DNA of 64,000 bases from Patescibacteria group bacterium. GTDB taxonomy: Bacteria > Patescibacteriota > Microgenomatia > UBA1400 > PJMF01. The notes under the pieces were generated by a model that saw only the letters and a program-made list of their open reading frames with translations, did not search any database and was not told the DNA's origin. Positions 47,488-57,470 of this stretch are shown one piece after another. The stretch spans positions 67,271 through 131,270 of the forward strand of contig BOKR01000001.1 of assembly GCA_016861085.1 (NCBI GenBank), given 5' to 3'. A program made the translations under genes and the position numbers. Numbering within the stretch: position 1 is the stretch's first letter; each line of letters starts with the position of its first letter.

Positions 47488-48483
47488 TTATTCGTCAAAC
47501 TCGGAATCAGAGCCTGAGATCTCGATTTCTTCACCGCTATACAATTTATCAAGAACAGGGTGGAGTTCACTGATAAGTTTACCCATATATCCTTCCATGA
47601 TATTTGGCAAATCATACCAAGACTGTTTAGTGCGGTGATCAGTGATTCTGTTTTGAGGATAATTGTAGGTGCGAATTTTTTCAGCACGCTGTGCTCGGCC
47701 AATTGCACTTCTTGCTTTGCCAAGTTCTTTCTCTTTTTTTTCTTCTTCGATTTCCCACAACTGAGAACGAAGTAACTCAAGCGCGATTTTGCGATTTTGT
47801 TCTTGTTTTTTTTCTTGTCTGGAAACGATTACAATACCTGTTGGCTTATGGGTTAAGCGAGCAGCACTACTGGTTTTATTAACAGATTGTCCACCAGCAC
47901 CACTGGATCGCATAAACTGCCACTCAATGTCTTCTTCACGAATTTCTATTTCTTTAGATGCAATCTCTGGTAATACAGCTATTGAGGCGGTTGAAGTATG
48001 AATGCGGCCCTGTGCTTCAGTAGCTGGGACACGTTGTACCCTATGAACTCCAGATTCATACTTTAGCAATTCGTAGGCAGTAATATAACTTTTACCTTCT
48101 TTGTTGAGCTTTGGAAATTCTGTTGTTTTGCCACTGACCTTAATGACCATGTCGTCGATATAGGTAATTTTTAATTTATACATTTCTGCAAAACGAATAT
48201 ACATTCGAATCAGGTCGTTGCCCCAGATTTTAGCTTCATCACCACCAGCTCCAGAGCGAACCTCAATCGTACAATTTACTCTTTCATCGCTTGTTTGTGT
48301 GTCTCCACCGTCCATATTTTGCTCATACTGAAGCGCTGCTTCATCTAGGGCTTGTTTTTGCTGGACTAAAGAATCAAGCTCTGCTTTTGCTAGCTCAGCA
48401 AAATCTGGATCTTCTAGTAGTCGCTGTGTTTCTTGAATTTTAGCAATGAGTTCATCGATCTGTGCTTGATAGGGGTTAAACAT
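47488..48483 (-). CDS. prfA: peptide chain release factor 1
   Basis: The GGQ loop (SGAGGQSVNKT) and PAT tripeptide (RVPATEAQGRIHTS) indicate RF1 rather than RF2 (SPF). Confidence 0.85.
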   Translation of the reverse strand: MFNPYQAQIDELIAKIQETQRLLEDPDFAELAKAELDSLVQQKQALDEAALQYEQNMDGGDTQTSDERVNCTIEVRSGAGGDEAKIWGNDLIRMYIRFAEMYKLKITYIDDMVIKVSGKTTEFPKLNKEGKSYITAYELLKYESGVHRVQRVPATEAQGRIHTSTASIAVLPEIASKEIEIREEDIEWQFMRSSGAGGQSVNKTSSAARLTHKPTGIVIVSRQEKKQEQNRKIALELLRSQLWEIEEEKKEKELGKARSAIGRAQRAEKIRTYNYPQNRITDHRTKQSWYDLPNIMEGYMGKLISELHPVLDKLYSGEEIEISGSDSEFDE

Positions 48484-48567
48484 GCTGTCTTTCGTATATC
48501 ACTTACTATAGCGTACCACAACAGCCCTTGAATTTCTCAAGGTTGAGGGATTTGTGTGTCTGAAAAG

Positions 48568-48918
48568 TTATGCAGCCAGCTCAGCTTTATTAGCTTTTTC
48601 GGCTTTCTTCATTGCTGTTTGTTGTTCACGCAGAATATCTTTGTATGATTTAGAATCACCTGCATCTGCATCATCAGCCTTTGCTTTTTTGCTCTTAGAA
48701 GTTTGTTGAACTTGTTGTGCCGCTTGCATTTTCTTGAGGAATTTATCAACACGACCTTGTCTGTCAACAAATTTCATTTCACCAGTAAAGAATGGGTGAC
48801 ATTTGTTACAGATATCAACTGTTAATGTTTCAGATACTGAACCAACAGTAAAAACATTACCACAGCTACAGGTAACTTGTGCTTTGTCATTGTAATTTGG
48901 ATGTATGCCTTTTTTCAT
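48568..48918 (-). CDS. rpmE: 50S ribosomal protein L31 with C-terminal K/A-rich extension
   Basis: MKKGIHPNY ... C-x-C ... C-x2-C-HPFFTG. The start is chosen at MKKGIHP. Confidence 0.8.
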   Translation of the reverse strand: MKKGIHPNYNDKAQVTCSCGNVFTVGSVSETLTVDICNKCHPFFTGEMKFVDRQGRVDKFLKKMQAAQQVQQTSKSKKAKADDADAGDSKSYKDILREQQTAMKKAEKANKAELAA

Positions 48919-49009
48919 AGAGTAGTATTGTACCACAACTTAGGTCATATTGTAGAGGTGAAATCAGGTAGAGTTATTGACTTTTAGTCGCAAACTGTGT
49001 CATACTGGA

Positions 49010-49385
49010 TAGGTCATAGGGTAAATGAAAGGATTGATGGATTAATAGAATTTTTTGTGAGCGTGTGGTCCGTCATGGAGCAAAAACAAGTTGTTTTTTG
49101 ACGGAAGACGAGGAAGAAGGATGTTTGTGATTCATTTACAAGCGATCGAACCAAATTTATTTTTGCATATTTGCCGAATTATTATCGCAATACCTGGAAA
49201 AATAGCATTTGAGTATCTACGGAGACCTTCTAGGCGATTGAACGTCTATTCACGGATGTATTAAAACTGCAAAGCAATTTGTAGGAAAGAGTGCAGACCG
49301 GTTTCAATTTTCATAACTATTGTTAGAGAGCGATTTTTTTTTGCTTGTCGTTTTGTGGCAGGCAAGACAACTAAAGGAGGAAACT
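49010..49385 (+). ncRNA. long structured 5' leader of glmS; candidate glmS-ribozyme-like element
   Basis: A 449-nt divergent intergenic region. The 10-mer AAGACGAGGA (49105-49114) matches the conserved glmS ribozyme core (…AAGACGAGGAUGG…), with flanking UUGACG and AUCGAA similarities. The rest of the consensus is not convincingly matched by eye. Confidence 0.3.
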
Positions 49386-51185
49386 ATGTGTGGAATTTAC
49401 ATGACAATTCAACAGACAGATGTTCATGCTGGAGAAAAGGTTTTTGCAGGACTTAAGAAAATTGAATATCGAGGATACGATTCTTGGGGGGTGGTAGTTT
49501 TAAATAAGTTTGGCTTCACTTTAAAGAAAAGGACTGGAAAACTCAGTAAACTGGGACAGATGCACTTTGTTGAAGGGAAGTGTGCATTGGGTCATACTCG
49601 ATGGGCAACTCACGGTGGAGTGACGAAGGAGAATGCTCACCCACATCTGGCAAAAAATAAATCTTTTGTTTTGGCTCAAAATGGTGTGGTGGAAAATTTT
49701 CAAGAGCTTCGAGAGCAACTTCTTGATTGGGGATATGATTTTGATTCTGAAACAGATACTGAGGTAATTGTTGGATTGCTAGAGTTTGAAATGGAGCAAC
49801 AAAAAGAACAGAAGCTAACATCAAAAATTATTAGATCAGTGTTTCGAAAGCTCACTGGTAGAAATACAATTGCGATTTTGACACAGTCTGGGGATTCATT
49901 TGCAGTTCGTGATGGCTCACCGCTAATCGTGGGCAGGAGCAAGGATTCAGCGGAGATTTATTTTTCTTCTGATGTGGTTTCATTAAGTGGTGATGCTGTT
50001 GAGTATGTTGTTATCCAGTCTGGGCAGATGGTGGAATATGTGGGTAAGAAACTTAAAATAACAGAAGTTAAATCAGGAAAATTAGTTCCATTTTCATTTG
50101 TACCAATGAGTCTTGATGCAACTGTTGTTGATAAAGAAGGATATAGCTCATTTATGCTAAAAGAAATTTATGAGCAAGCAAAAGTATTAAGCAAGGTTGT
50201 GGTTGGGAAGGAAAAAGAATTCAAGGCTGTTGCTAAGACAATCAAAAATGCAAAAACAGTGTTCACGTTGGGAGCGGGTACCGCTAGTTATGCAGCCGGA
50301 CACACGGCGTATATACTTAGAAAATTAGGTGTGCCAGCAGTGGCAATTGCTTCTTATGAATCTGACTCATTTAAACAGCTTTGTGACGAGAAAAGCGTTT
50401 GTATTGTGTATAGTCAAAGCGGAGAAACTGCAGATACAAATGAGGTTGTTGAATGGATGAAGGCGAAGGGTGCAAAAATTATTAGTGCAGTGAACATGCC
50501 CGGAAGTACACTCACTCAACTCTCTGACTTTCCATTTATGTTACAAGTTGGTCCCGAACTGGCGGTTGCTTCTACTAAAGCTTTTTTTGGGCAAATGGTT
50601 TGGGGGATGACAGTTTGTGAACTTTTAAGTGGATCTAAATTTGTTGAAATAAAGGAAATTATTTATAAATTTGAACAACAATTGCGTGTTTGGTTTGCCG
50701 ATATTCTAGTCCAAGATAAAATCCGAAAATTGGCAGAGAGTTTAGTTCATAAGCAACATTTATTTGTATTAGGTCGGGGCGATTTGTATAGTTCAAGTTT
50801 AGAAAGTGCGCTCAAACTCAAAGAAATTTCGTACATTCATGCTGAAGGGTTTTCTGGTGGAGAACTCAAACATGGGGTAATTGCACTCATAGAACAGGGA
50901 ACTCCCGTACTTTGTTTGGTTGCAGAAGATGAAAACAAAGCTAACATGCTCAATGCTATTTCAGAAATTAATGCTCGGGGTGGTTTTACAATTGTTATAG
51001 CAAGCAAAGATAATGAATTATATAAAGAATGGATTGAGGTTCCAGAATTGAAATTTAGAGGAATGAGTTTTATGACACTAATGAGCATTGTACCTTCACA
51101 ACTATTGACTTGCTATATGGCCATGAAAAAAGGTTGTGACGTAGATAAACCAAGGAATCTAGCTAAGAGTGTGACCGTGAAGTAG
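49386..51185 (+). CDS. glmS: glutamine--fructose-6-phosphate aminotransferase
   Basis: N-terminal MCGI (Ntn Cys), two SIS domains, SQSGETADT. Strong RBS AAAGGAGG. Confidence 0.9.
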   Translation: MCGIYMTIQQTDVHAGEKVFAGLKKIEYRGYDSWGVVVLNKFGFTLKKRTGKLSKLGQMHFVEGKCALGHTRWATHGGVTKENAHPHLAKNKSFVLAQNGVVENFQELREQLLDWGYDFDSETDTEVIVGLLEFEMEQQKEQKLTSKIIRSVFRKLTGRNTIAILTQSGDSFAVRDGSPLIVGRSKDSAEIYFSSDVVSLSGDAVEYVVIQSGQMVEYVGKKLKITEVKSGKLVPFSFVPMSLDATVVDKEGYSSFMLKEIYEQAKVLSKVVVGKEKEFKAVAKTIKNAKTVFTLGAGTASYAAGHTAYILRKLGVPAVAIASYESDSFKQLCDEKSVCIVYSQSGETADTNEVVEWMKAKGAKIISAVNMPGSTLTQLSDFPFMLQVGPELAVASTKAFFGQMVWGMTVCELLSGSKFVEIKEIIYKFEQQLRVWFADILVQDKIRKLAESLVHKQHLFVLGRGDLYSSSLESALKLKEISYIHAEGFSGGELKHGVIALIEQGTPVLCLVAEDENKANMLNAISEINARGGFTIVIASKDNELYKEWIEVPELKFRGMSFMTLMSIVPSQLLTCYMAMKKGCDVDKPRNLAKSVTVK

Positions 51186-52188
51186 CTCTTTTTTTAATAC
51201 GCTTTTCTGCGATATAAACGCCAAGAAGTATAAGTGCCATAGCAATGATTTGAAGCATATGAACCTTTTCTTGCAGCAAAAGCATACCAGCAGGGACAAA
51301 AATGAGCGGTTGTAAGTACCAAAAAAGGCTGGCCTCCGAGGCCTCAATGCCATCTTGGCCTTTGATGTACGCTGTTAGACCGATGATAGAGCCAAATATT
51401 GCCATGTACCCGGAGGCCAGCCATACAGATTGGTGCTGTAAATCAAGCTGCACTGCTTGTAAAAATTGTGTGCCAAGATTAGTCATCGAGACGTTTAATC
51501 CATTATTTTGTACCCACAGTTCGATTAAGCTTAAAAGTAAGAAGGAGACTATCCCGAAATAAAAACTAATACCTGTTACAAATAGTTTAGGTAAGTTTTT
51601 ATAGTATTTTTTAGCCATTATCATCGCAATTGCCGTTGTGATGTTTTGCGCAATAATGAATAGATTGCCCTCAAGCGACAAGCCTTCAGGTGACATACCA
51701 TTAAGAATGATTGGCAGAAATGTAAGCAGTGAAGTACCTAAAAATGCAGTAAAAAGCCCAAGCCATTCATGTGCTTCTTCTTTTTCTCGTAGAATGAAAA
51801 TACCCGCCAGAACAACAAAAATAGGTGTAGTTGTTGTAAGGAAACTTGCTTCAATTGCTGAGGTTTTAGCTAAGCCAAGATATAGTAAACCTAAAGAAAC
51901 CACAGTGCCAAAGAATTCTACAAGTAAAACTTTTTGTATGGCACTAATTTTGTTTTTTACCTTGGGCCAGTAGTACAACAAGATTGGAATGCTACACAGC
52001 GCGGCTATGACATATCGGTAGAGTAGGTATCGGAAGGGAGTTGTGACTTCAAGACTAGGTTTGACAATAATGAGTGCCAGACCCCAAGTGATCGTATTGA
52101 TGAGTAGGAAGAGATAAGACTTCAGTCGAACCTGGGCAGATTTTTTCATGCAATTCTTGGTAAAACTCCTTATCAGTAAGAGTATCAT
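51163..52188 (-). CDS. EamA/DMT-family transporter
   Basis: Ten predicted TM helices in two 5-TM repeats. An alternative start MKKSAQ lies near 52149. Confidence 0.6.
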   Translation of the reverse strand: MILLLIRSFTKNCMKKSAQVRLKSYLFLLINTITWGLALIIVKPSLEVTTPFRYLLYRYVIAALCSIPILLYYWPKVKNKISAIQKVLLVEFFGTVVSLGLLYLGLAKTSAIEASFLTTTTPIFVVLAGIFILREKEEAHEWLGLFTAFLGTSLLTFLPIILNGMSPEGLSLEGNLFIIAQNITTAIAMIMAKKYYKNLPKLFVTGISFYFGIVSFLLLSLIELWVQNNGLNVSMTNLGTQFLQAVQLDLQHQSVWLASGYMAIFGSIIGLTAYIKGQDGIEASEASLFWYLQPLIFVPAGMLLLQEKVHMLQIIAMALILLGVYIAEKRIKKRATSRSHS

Positions 52189-52230
52189 AAAAAATTTATC
52201 TCTGGTATCATTCGTTTATATGGAGTCACA

Positions 52231-52983
52231 ATGAAAAAGTTACTCATTGAAGCACCTTTATTTAATTGGCTACAGACCAATAACATCAAAGGTGTTTTAT
52301 TTGATCTTGACGATACAATTATTAAAACAAATGAAATCTTCATGGCTGCAGTCCAGGAAGTTGTAGCTTTATATGTTAAAGCACTGCCCCAGTTAAGCTC
52401 TGATGAAGTAAGTACGTTGTTTGATGAAATCAATATCTCAGTACATGGACGTTACTCTGTGAATCCAAAACGGTGGGAACATGTGATTGCTGAGTTTGAA
52501 GCTGAAGCTGGAGTTAAGAGATCAATTGCTCGGACAGCTTTGCACAGATTAGCAATGATTTATAAAACTCATCCAGAATACGAGAAAGATGCAGAAAAGT
52601 TATTGCAGTTGTTAAAAAAATGGCGAGTTATGGTTGGTCTAGTAACTCATGCCAATGCACAATGGACACTATTCAAGTTAGAGAGCTTAGGACTAGCAGA
52701 TTTTTTTAATCATGTTGCAGTTGTCTCAGAAAATAAACTTCACAAAAATAGTGATGATTGGTTACGGGCAGCAGAAGATATACAAGTACGCCCTAAAAAC
52801 CTGCTTGGAGTTGGCGACAACATGCAAGGAGATGTTCAGTCAGCAGTTACAGCTGGTTTTGGGAAAGTTGCTTGGGTTGACAAAAAAAATGGTTGGGACC
52901 ATTACCGAACTGGTGAGCGACCATCAGGCGTTTTGGTAGTAGAAGCTGCAGGTGACTTACTTGAACTCAAATTCAAAAAGTAG
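52231..52983 (+). CDS. HAD-superfamily hydrolase
   Basis: N-terminal motif I FDLDDT. GVGDNMQGD motif IV-like. Confidence 0.65.
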   Translation: MKKLLIEAPLFNWLQTNNIKGVLFDLDDTIIKTNEIFMAAVQEVVALYVKALPQLSSDEVSTLFDEINISVHGRYSVNPKRWEHVIAEFEAEAGVKRSIARTALHRLAMIYKTHPEYEKDAEKLLQLLKKWRVMVGLVTHANAQWTLFKLESLGLADFFNHVAVVSENKLHKNSDDWLRAAEDIQVRPKNLLGVGDNMQGDVQSAVTAGFGKVAWVDKKNGWDHYRTGERPSGVLVVEAAGDLLELKFKK

Positions 52984-54228
52984 TTAGATTTGTTTTATTT
53001 TTTTGACGACTTCTTCTAAAGTAAGTAGCTCTTGTTCTCCTGAAGCCATATTTTTGAGTTGAACTTTATTTTCAGAAACTTCAGCATCACCAATTACGAC
53101 AACATACGGAATATTTTTCTGATTAGCTAGTTTGAATTGTTTACCGATTTGATCAACTTCTGGATAGACTTCAGTCCTAATGTTATTTGCTCGTAAAGTT
53201 TTAGCAGCGTTAAGTGAATTTTTTATCAGGTTCTCATCAAAAACGGTGACTAACACCTGGCTGGAAACGGTGGCTGTTTGCGGGACTAAGCCCAATTCAA
53301 CAACTGCCTCGACAGTACGGTCAAAGCCTATTGCAAATCCGTTTGCTTTAATATCTCGTCCACACAATTCTCCAATCAATCTATCATATCTACCACCACC
53401 ACCAACCGAACCGCCTGAATATTCAGGAACTTTCCCTTCAAAAATAATGCCAGTGTAATAATCTAAACCGCGTGCAAGGGTAGGAGTAAAGACTAGGGCG
53501 TCTTGATCTACCCCGAGCTCAACAGCTCGTTCAACAGTTTCTTTTAAACTTGCAGACATTGTGGCAGAAGTAATCTCACGCAGTACGTCACGGGCATCTT
53601 TTTCATATAGACCTTTGCCAATTAACTCGTCAACAACTTGTTTTTCACTGAGTTTATCGAGCTTGTCGATTGATTGGATAATTGAGAAAACATTCACTTC
53701 ATCATTTGCGAAAGGAGAGATAGTATTCATCAAAGTGGTGCGATCATTTATGAATAGTTTGATAGATTTCAAACCTAAATTCTGATACACAAAATAGTAC
53801 ACTGCTAATAGTTCAGCATCGACAACAGTGCTATCACTTTCAAAGATGTCACAATCACATTGGGTAAACTCTCTAAATCTACCTTTTTGTGGTTTGTCTG
53901 CTCGAAATACATTTTGGATTTGATATCTTCTGAAAAATTTTGGTAATTCATTTTGGTACTGGGATAAAACACGACTGGTTGGCACAGTTTGGTCATATCG
54001 CAACGCAATTTTTCTGCCTCCTTGGTCCTCAAAAGAGTAGATTAATTTATCTGCTTCATCACCATATTTTCCCATGAGTAAACTGGCATATTCCAGGGTT
54101 GGTGTTTCGATAGGTTCAAAACCGAATATTTCGAATGTTTCTTTAATTTTTTTGGTTACATAGTTTCTGATGTTCTTTTCTTTTGGCAAGAAATCTCTGA
54201 AACCTTTTAATGTTTGTACTTGTTGCAT
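52984..54228 (-). CDS. hisS: histidine--tRNA ligase
   Basis: TLKGFRDFLP N-terminus. Class II motifs (GGRYD, FGFDR-like). Confidence 0.85.
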   Translation of the reverse strand: MQQVQTLKGFRDFLPKEKNIRNYVTKKIKETFEIFGFEPIETPTLEYASLLMGKYGDEADKLIYSFEDQGGRKIALRYDQTVPTSRVLSQYQNELPKFFRRYQIQNVFRADKPQKGRFREFTQCDCDIFESDSTVVDAELLAVYYFVYQNLGLKSIKLFINDRTTLMNTISPFANDEVNVFSIIQSIDKLDKLSEKQVVDELIGKGLYEKDARDVLREITSATMSASLKETVERAVELGVDQDALVFTPTLARGLDYYTGIIFEGKVPEYSGGSVGGGGRYDRLIGELCGRDIKANGFAIGFDRTVEAVVELGLVPQTATVSSQVLVTVFDENLIKNSLNAAKTLRANNIRTEVYPEVDQIGKQFKLANQKNIPYVVVIGDAEVSENKVQLKNMASGEQELLTLEEVVKKIKQI

Positions 54229-54275
54229 ATTTTTCCTTCTTAATTTTGATTAATTATACATTGTTGTTTTCTGAA

Positions 54276-54305
54276 ATTAAAAACTCCCTTGTTGGGAGTT
54301 TGATA
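54276..54305. terminator. hairpin AAACTCCC-ttgtt-GGGAGTTT, likely the terminator for the upstream minus-strand M24 peptidase gene
   Basis: Perfect 8-bp stem with T-rich flank on the minus strand. Confidence 0.45.
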
Positions 54306-54412
54306 CGTTTTAAAAAAACCACTAAAATCAACTCCCTTGCATATGAGAGTGATGATGAGTGATTAATTTTGTTTTTGTATCTTTCATCTAACAGATGATT
54401 GTATCATATAAC

Positions 54413-55498
54413 TTATACTGTAGTAAGGATCTCGTATCCTGTAGCTGTTGTAAGAATAGTATCTTCATATCTATAGCCAAAATTATCCTCAAGATAGATG
54501 CCTGGCTCTACAGTGATAGTCATGTTGGCTGTAATTGGTTCGGAATTTCTCCAGCTCAAAGAGGGAGCTTCATGGATATCTAAGCCTAAACCATGCCCAG
54601 TTGTGTGAATGAAATTGTCTCCATACCCTTGGTTTGAAATGTGTATTCTAGCGGCATTATCAATGTCTTTTGCCAAAACAGTTCTTTTATGGTGTTCTCC
54701 AAATTGAACAAGAGCTGCATTTTGAGCATCCCTCACGATCGTTTCAATTTTTTTAAATTGCGGACTTGGATTTGGTCCAAACCAAAATGTTCTAGTCATA
54801 TCCGCACAATAGTTGTTAAGTTTTGCACCGATATCGATGAGAACAACAGTATCATTCTCGAGTTTTTTGTTGTTTGGCTGGTGATGTGGGAGGGCGCTAT
54901 TAGCTGCGAACCCGACAATTGTAGGGAAGGCAAGTTGCTTTACCCCATTTTTTTTAAATGCTGTTTCAATGAGATCAGCGACATCTAACTCTGTCATGCC
55001 TTTTTGTAAGTCTAATTGTACTTCTTTAAGCACTCTGGCAGTTATTTTGCATGCCTTTTTTATTGCTGAAATTTCATTCGTATCTTTTTGTTTTAGCAAC
55101 TCATTGGCTGGGTTTTGTTCCATTGGTTTTGCCCGTAGATTACTGACCTTAGAAATTGAATCAAGCTCTGCTACAAACAGTGTTGTAGGATCATAAAAGA
55201 GCGTTTGCGCGTTTGTCTTTTTTACCAAATCCTCAAAATGGAATTGTAGTTGTGCTGGAAAAGTGCCTGAAAAGTAAGTTAAAAAATCAGAGTTACAAAG
55301 CGGAGCAAAACTTGTGTGAATGAGCGCTGCAGTTTTAGAGCCACAGATAAAAAAAGCCTCTCTCTCATTAGGAACTAAAAATTGAAATCCAGTAAAATAT
55401 GAGATATGGCTTGGGTTAGAAAAAAGATACAGAGTGTTGGGGTTGAGCTTTTGCTTTAGTTTTTTGACACGGTCACTATAAACGGTTTCTTGAAACAT
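54413..55498 (-). CDS. M24-family Xaa-Pro aminopeptidase/dipeptidase
   Basis: HGLGLDIHE and VEPGIY metal-ligand blocks. Confidence 0.8.
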   Translation of the reverse strand: MFQETVYSDRVKKLKQKLNPNTLYLFSNPSHISYFTGFQFLVPNEREAFFICGSKTAALIHTSFAPLCNSDFLTYFSGTFPAQLQFHFEDLVKKTNAQTLFYDPTTLFVAELDSISKVSNLRAKPMEQNPANELLKQKDTNEISAIKKACKITARVLKEVQLDLQKGMTELDVADLIETAFKKNGVKQLAFPTIVGFAANSALPHHQPNNKKLENDTVVLIDIGAKLNNYCADMTRTFWFGPNPSPQFKKIETIVRDAQNAALVQFGEHHKRTVLAKDIDNAARIHISNQGYGDNFIHTTGHGLGLDIHEAPSLSWRNSEPITANMTITVEPGIYLEDNFGYRYEDTILTTATGYEILTTV

Positions 55499-55504
55499 AA
55501 AATA

Positions 55505-56218
55505 TTACTCATCGCTTTCTGCCAAAGGTGCAAGTGAACGAATTGTTGATGCTTCAATTTTCGATTCAATGTTATACCCAGAAACCAGAACAGTTAGATC
55601 CTCAGAAAGATCACTAAACGAGATTTCAGTGCCGGTAAGGTCTTCAAATTCGGTTGTCTTTACAATGGATATTGTGGTTTCAGCTTCATCAGATCTGGGT
55701 TTGATGGTAATACTGTTCTTGGTAACAGCGGTTATTGTGCCAATCCGGACATATTGAGGTTTTGGAAGCAAACTCTTTGTATATACATATAGGAATACTG
55801 GGCTGAAATCATCATCTTTGATTCTGCCAAGAATGGTTACCCAGTTTTCAACAGCGATGTCTTCACTTTTTATTAGTTTACCATCCCTTGTAATGGTAAG
55901 AGTCTCATCAAGAGGAATAATTCTACTTCCTAATCGGTTAGTAATAGTGATTGTTTCACCAGTAACACGAATGATTTGTCCAAATAGTGCGACTTTGCGA
56001 TTAAGGAGGTTATCAATTGCGCCTTTTACTTTACTGTTTTCAATGTTTTCTTTGATAATTTTCTTAATGTTTTCAAATGACGCAGATTGGGTAGATTCAT
56101 CTTCAGTTTCCTGTGCAAACACAGGAATAGAGACTATAGAAATCTGAGTCAGAGAAAGGAATAGTAGTGCTATAAGTCCAAATTTAAAGTTATTCATTTG
56201 TCTCTCCCGGATTCTCAT
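55505..56218 (-). CDS. secreted hypothetical protein
   Basis: Signal-peptide-like N-terminus (LIALLFLSLTQISIVSIPVFA), acidic. Confidence 0.4.
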   Translation of the reverse strand: MRIRERQMNNFKFGLIALLFLSLTQISIVSIPVFAQETEDESTQSASFENIKKIIKENIENSKVKGAIDNLLNRKVALFGQIIRVTGETITITNRLGSRIIPLDETLTITRDGKLIKSEDIAVENWVTILGRIKDDDFSPVFLYVYTKSLLPKPQYVRIGTITAVTKNSITIKPRSDEAETTISIVKTTEFEDLTGTEISFSDLSEDLTVLVSGYNIESKIEASTIRSLAPLAESDE

Positions 56219-56726
56219 CTTGATTCTCTGCAGAGGCAGTGGCTTGTTGCGCTTCTAGTTCTTTTTGTGCTGCTTCGAGTTTTTCAAATGCGTCAGAAAC
56301 GACCACTAACCGTTCTTCAACTACAGCTGAGCTATTCTCATCAATAACATGAACTCGAATGAAATTTTCTGCGTCGACTAAAGAAACTTTGATTGCAAAA
56401 TTTCCCGATTCGTCTGAGGTTGAAACATAATCATCGTCGTTTACAAACACAATAATAAATGTGTTAGCGATTGTAGTTCCGGTCACTGTCAATTCTTTTT
56501 CCGTTTGGATTGTACCGTCTTCAGGATTGTGCAAAGCTAGGACAGTTGGGGTAGCAGTGGCTTCTGTTTCAGTTTGTGTTATAAGTTCAGTAATGGGTTT
56601 TTCTGTGATCGTATTTTTGACTCTATACACACCAAAAGTGATAATCAAGCCCATGCTTAAACCAACAAAAATAGCGATTAGTACTTCTTTTTTCATACAG
56701 ACTATCAGGCAGATGATTGACACCAT
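56190..56726 (-). CDS. membrane-anchored hypothetical protein with extracytoplasmic beta-rich domain
   Basis: N-terminal TM, then Thr-rich linker. Overlaps the downstream gene start. Confidence 0.4.
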   Translation of the reverse strand: MVSIICLIVCMKKEVLIAIFVGLSMGLIITFGVYRVKNTITEKPITELITQTETEATATPTVLALHNPEDGTIQTEKELTVTGTTIANTFIIVFVNDDDYVSTSDESGNFAIKVSLVDAENFIRVHVIDENSSAVVEERLVVVSDAFEKLEAAQKELEAQQATASAENQDENPGETNE

Positions 56727-56795
56727 TATACAGCACCTGGATTGCTAATTCTTGCGCGTTTGCGTGTCAACCAAACCAATGATACCATACGGTAT

Positions 56796-57458
56796 ATGAC
56801 AATAACATACCACGGACATTCAACATTTAAAATTAAAGGCAGAGTAGGAACGGTCGTTACTGATCCATACGATGACTATATTGGCTTGATACTCCCAAAA
56901 ATGAGTACGGATATAGCTACGGTTAGTCACGACCATAAAGATCATAATGCGGTAAAAACGTTGGTTGGAACAGCTCGACGCAATAATCCGTTTATTGTCA
57001 CTGATGCAGGTGAGTATGAGGTAGGAGGCATATCTGTTTTTGGAGTGCAAACGCATCATGATGCAAATGGTGGAGTAGAGCGTGGCAAAAATATGGTATT
57101 TACCATTCTAGTCGATGGAATTCGCGTATGCCATTTAGGTGATTTAGGCCATGAGTTGAGTCCTGACCAGCTAGAAGAGATTGGTGAGGTTGATGTGTTG
57201 TTATGCCCAGTTGGAGGAACCTACACTATAGATCCAGAACTAGCGGTAAAAACAATTCGTGCAATTGAACCAAGTATTGTGATCCCAATGCATTATAAAA
57301 CTGCAAAACACAATCCAGACGTTTTTGGTGATCTCAAAACACTTGAGGATTTCTTAAAAGTGTATGGTGTCAGCCCAACACCTGTTGCTAAACTTGAACT
57401 GGCAAGTAAATCTTCACTTCCAGAGGAAACTGAGTTGGTAGTTTTAAGTGAAGTGTAG
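56796..57458 (+). CDS. MBL-fold metal-dependent hydrolase (UlaG/YtkL-like)
   Basis: TVSHDHKDHN (HxHxDH). The start MTITYHGH is preferred over the track start at 56742. Confidence 0.6.
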   Translation: MTITYHGHSTFKIKGRVGTVVTDPYDDYIGLILPKMSTDIATVSHDHKDHNAVKTLVGTARRNNPFIVTDAGEYEVGGISVFGVQTHHDANGGVERGKNMVFTILVDGIRVCHLGDLGHELSPDQLEEIGEVDVLLCPVGGTYTIDPELAVKTIRAIEPSIVIPMHYKTAKHNPDVFGDLKTLEDFLKVYGVSPTPVAKLELASKSSLPEETELVVLSEV

Positions 57459-57470
57459 TAAGGTACCTGT

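Noticed and set aside
47691-47830. Poly-T/low-complexity tract suggestive of a repeat
   Set aside because: It is the antisense of the Lys/Glu-rich linker inside prfA coding sequence, not an intergenic repeat.
47488-48483. Possible RF2 with programmed +1 frameshift
   Set aside because: The protein carries the RF1-specific PAT motif (RVPATE), not SPF. The ORF is intact without a frameshift site.
54229-54412. T-box leader upstream of hisS
   Set aside because: No AGGGUGGNACCGCG T-box consensus or specifier-loop arrangement is recognisable. The hairpin present fits a simple terminator for the neighbouring pepP gene.
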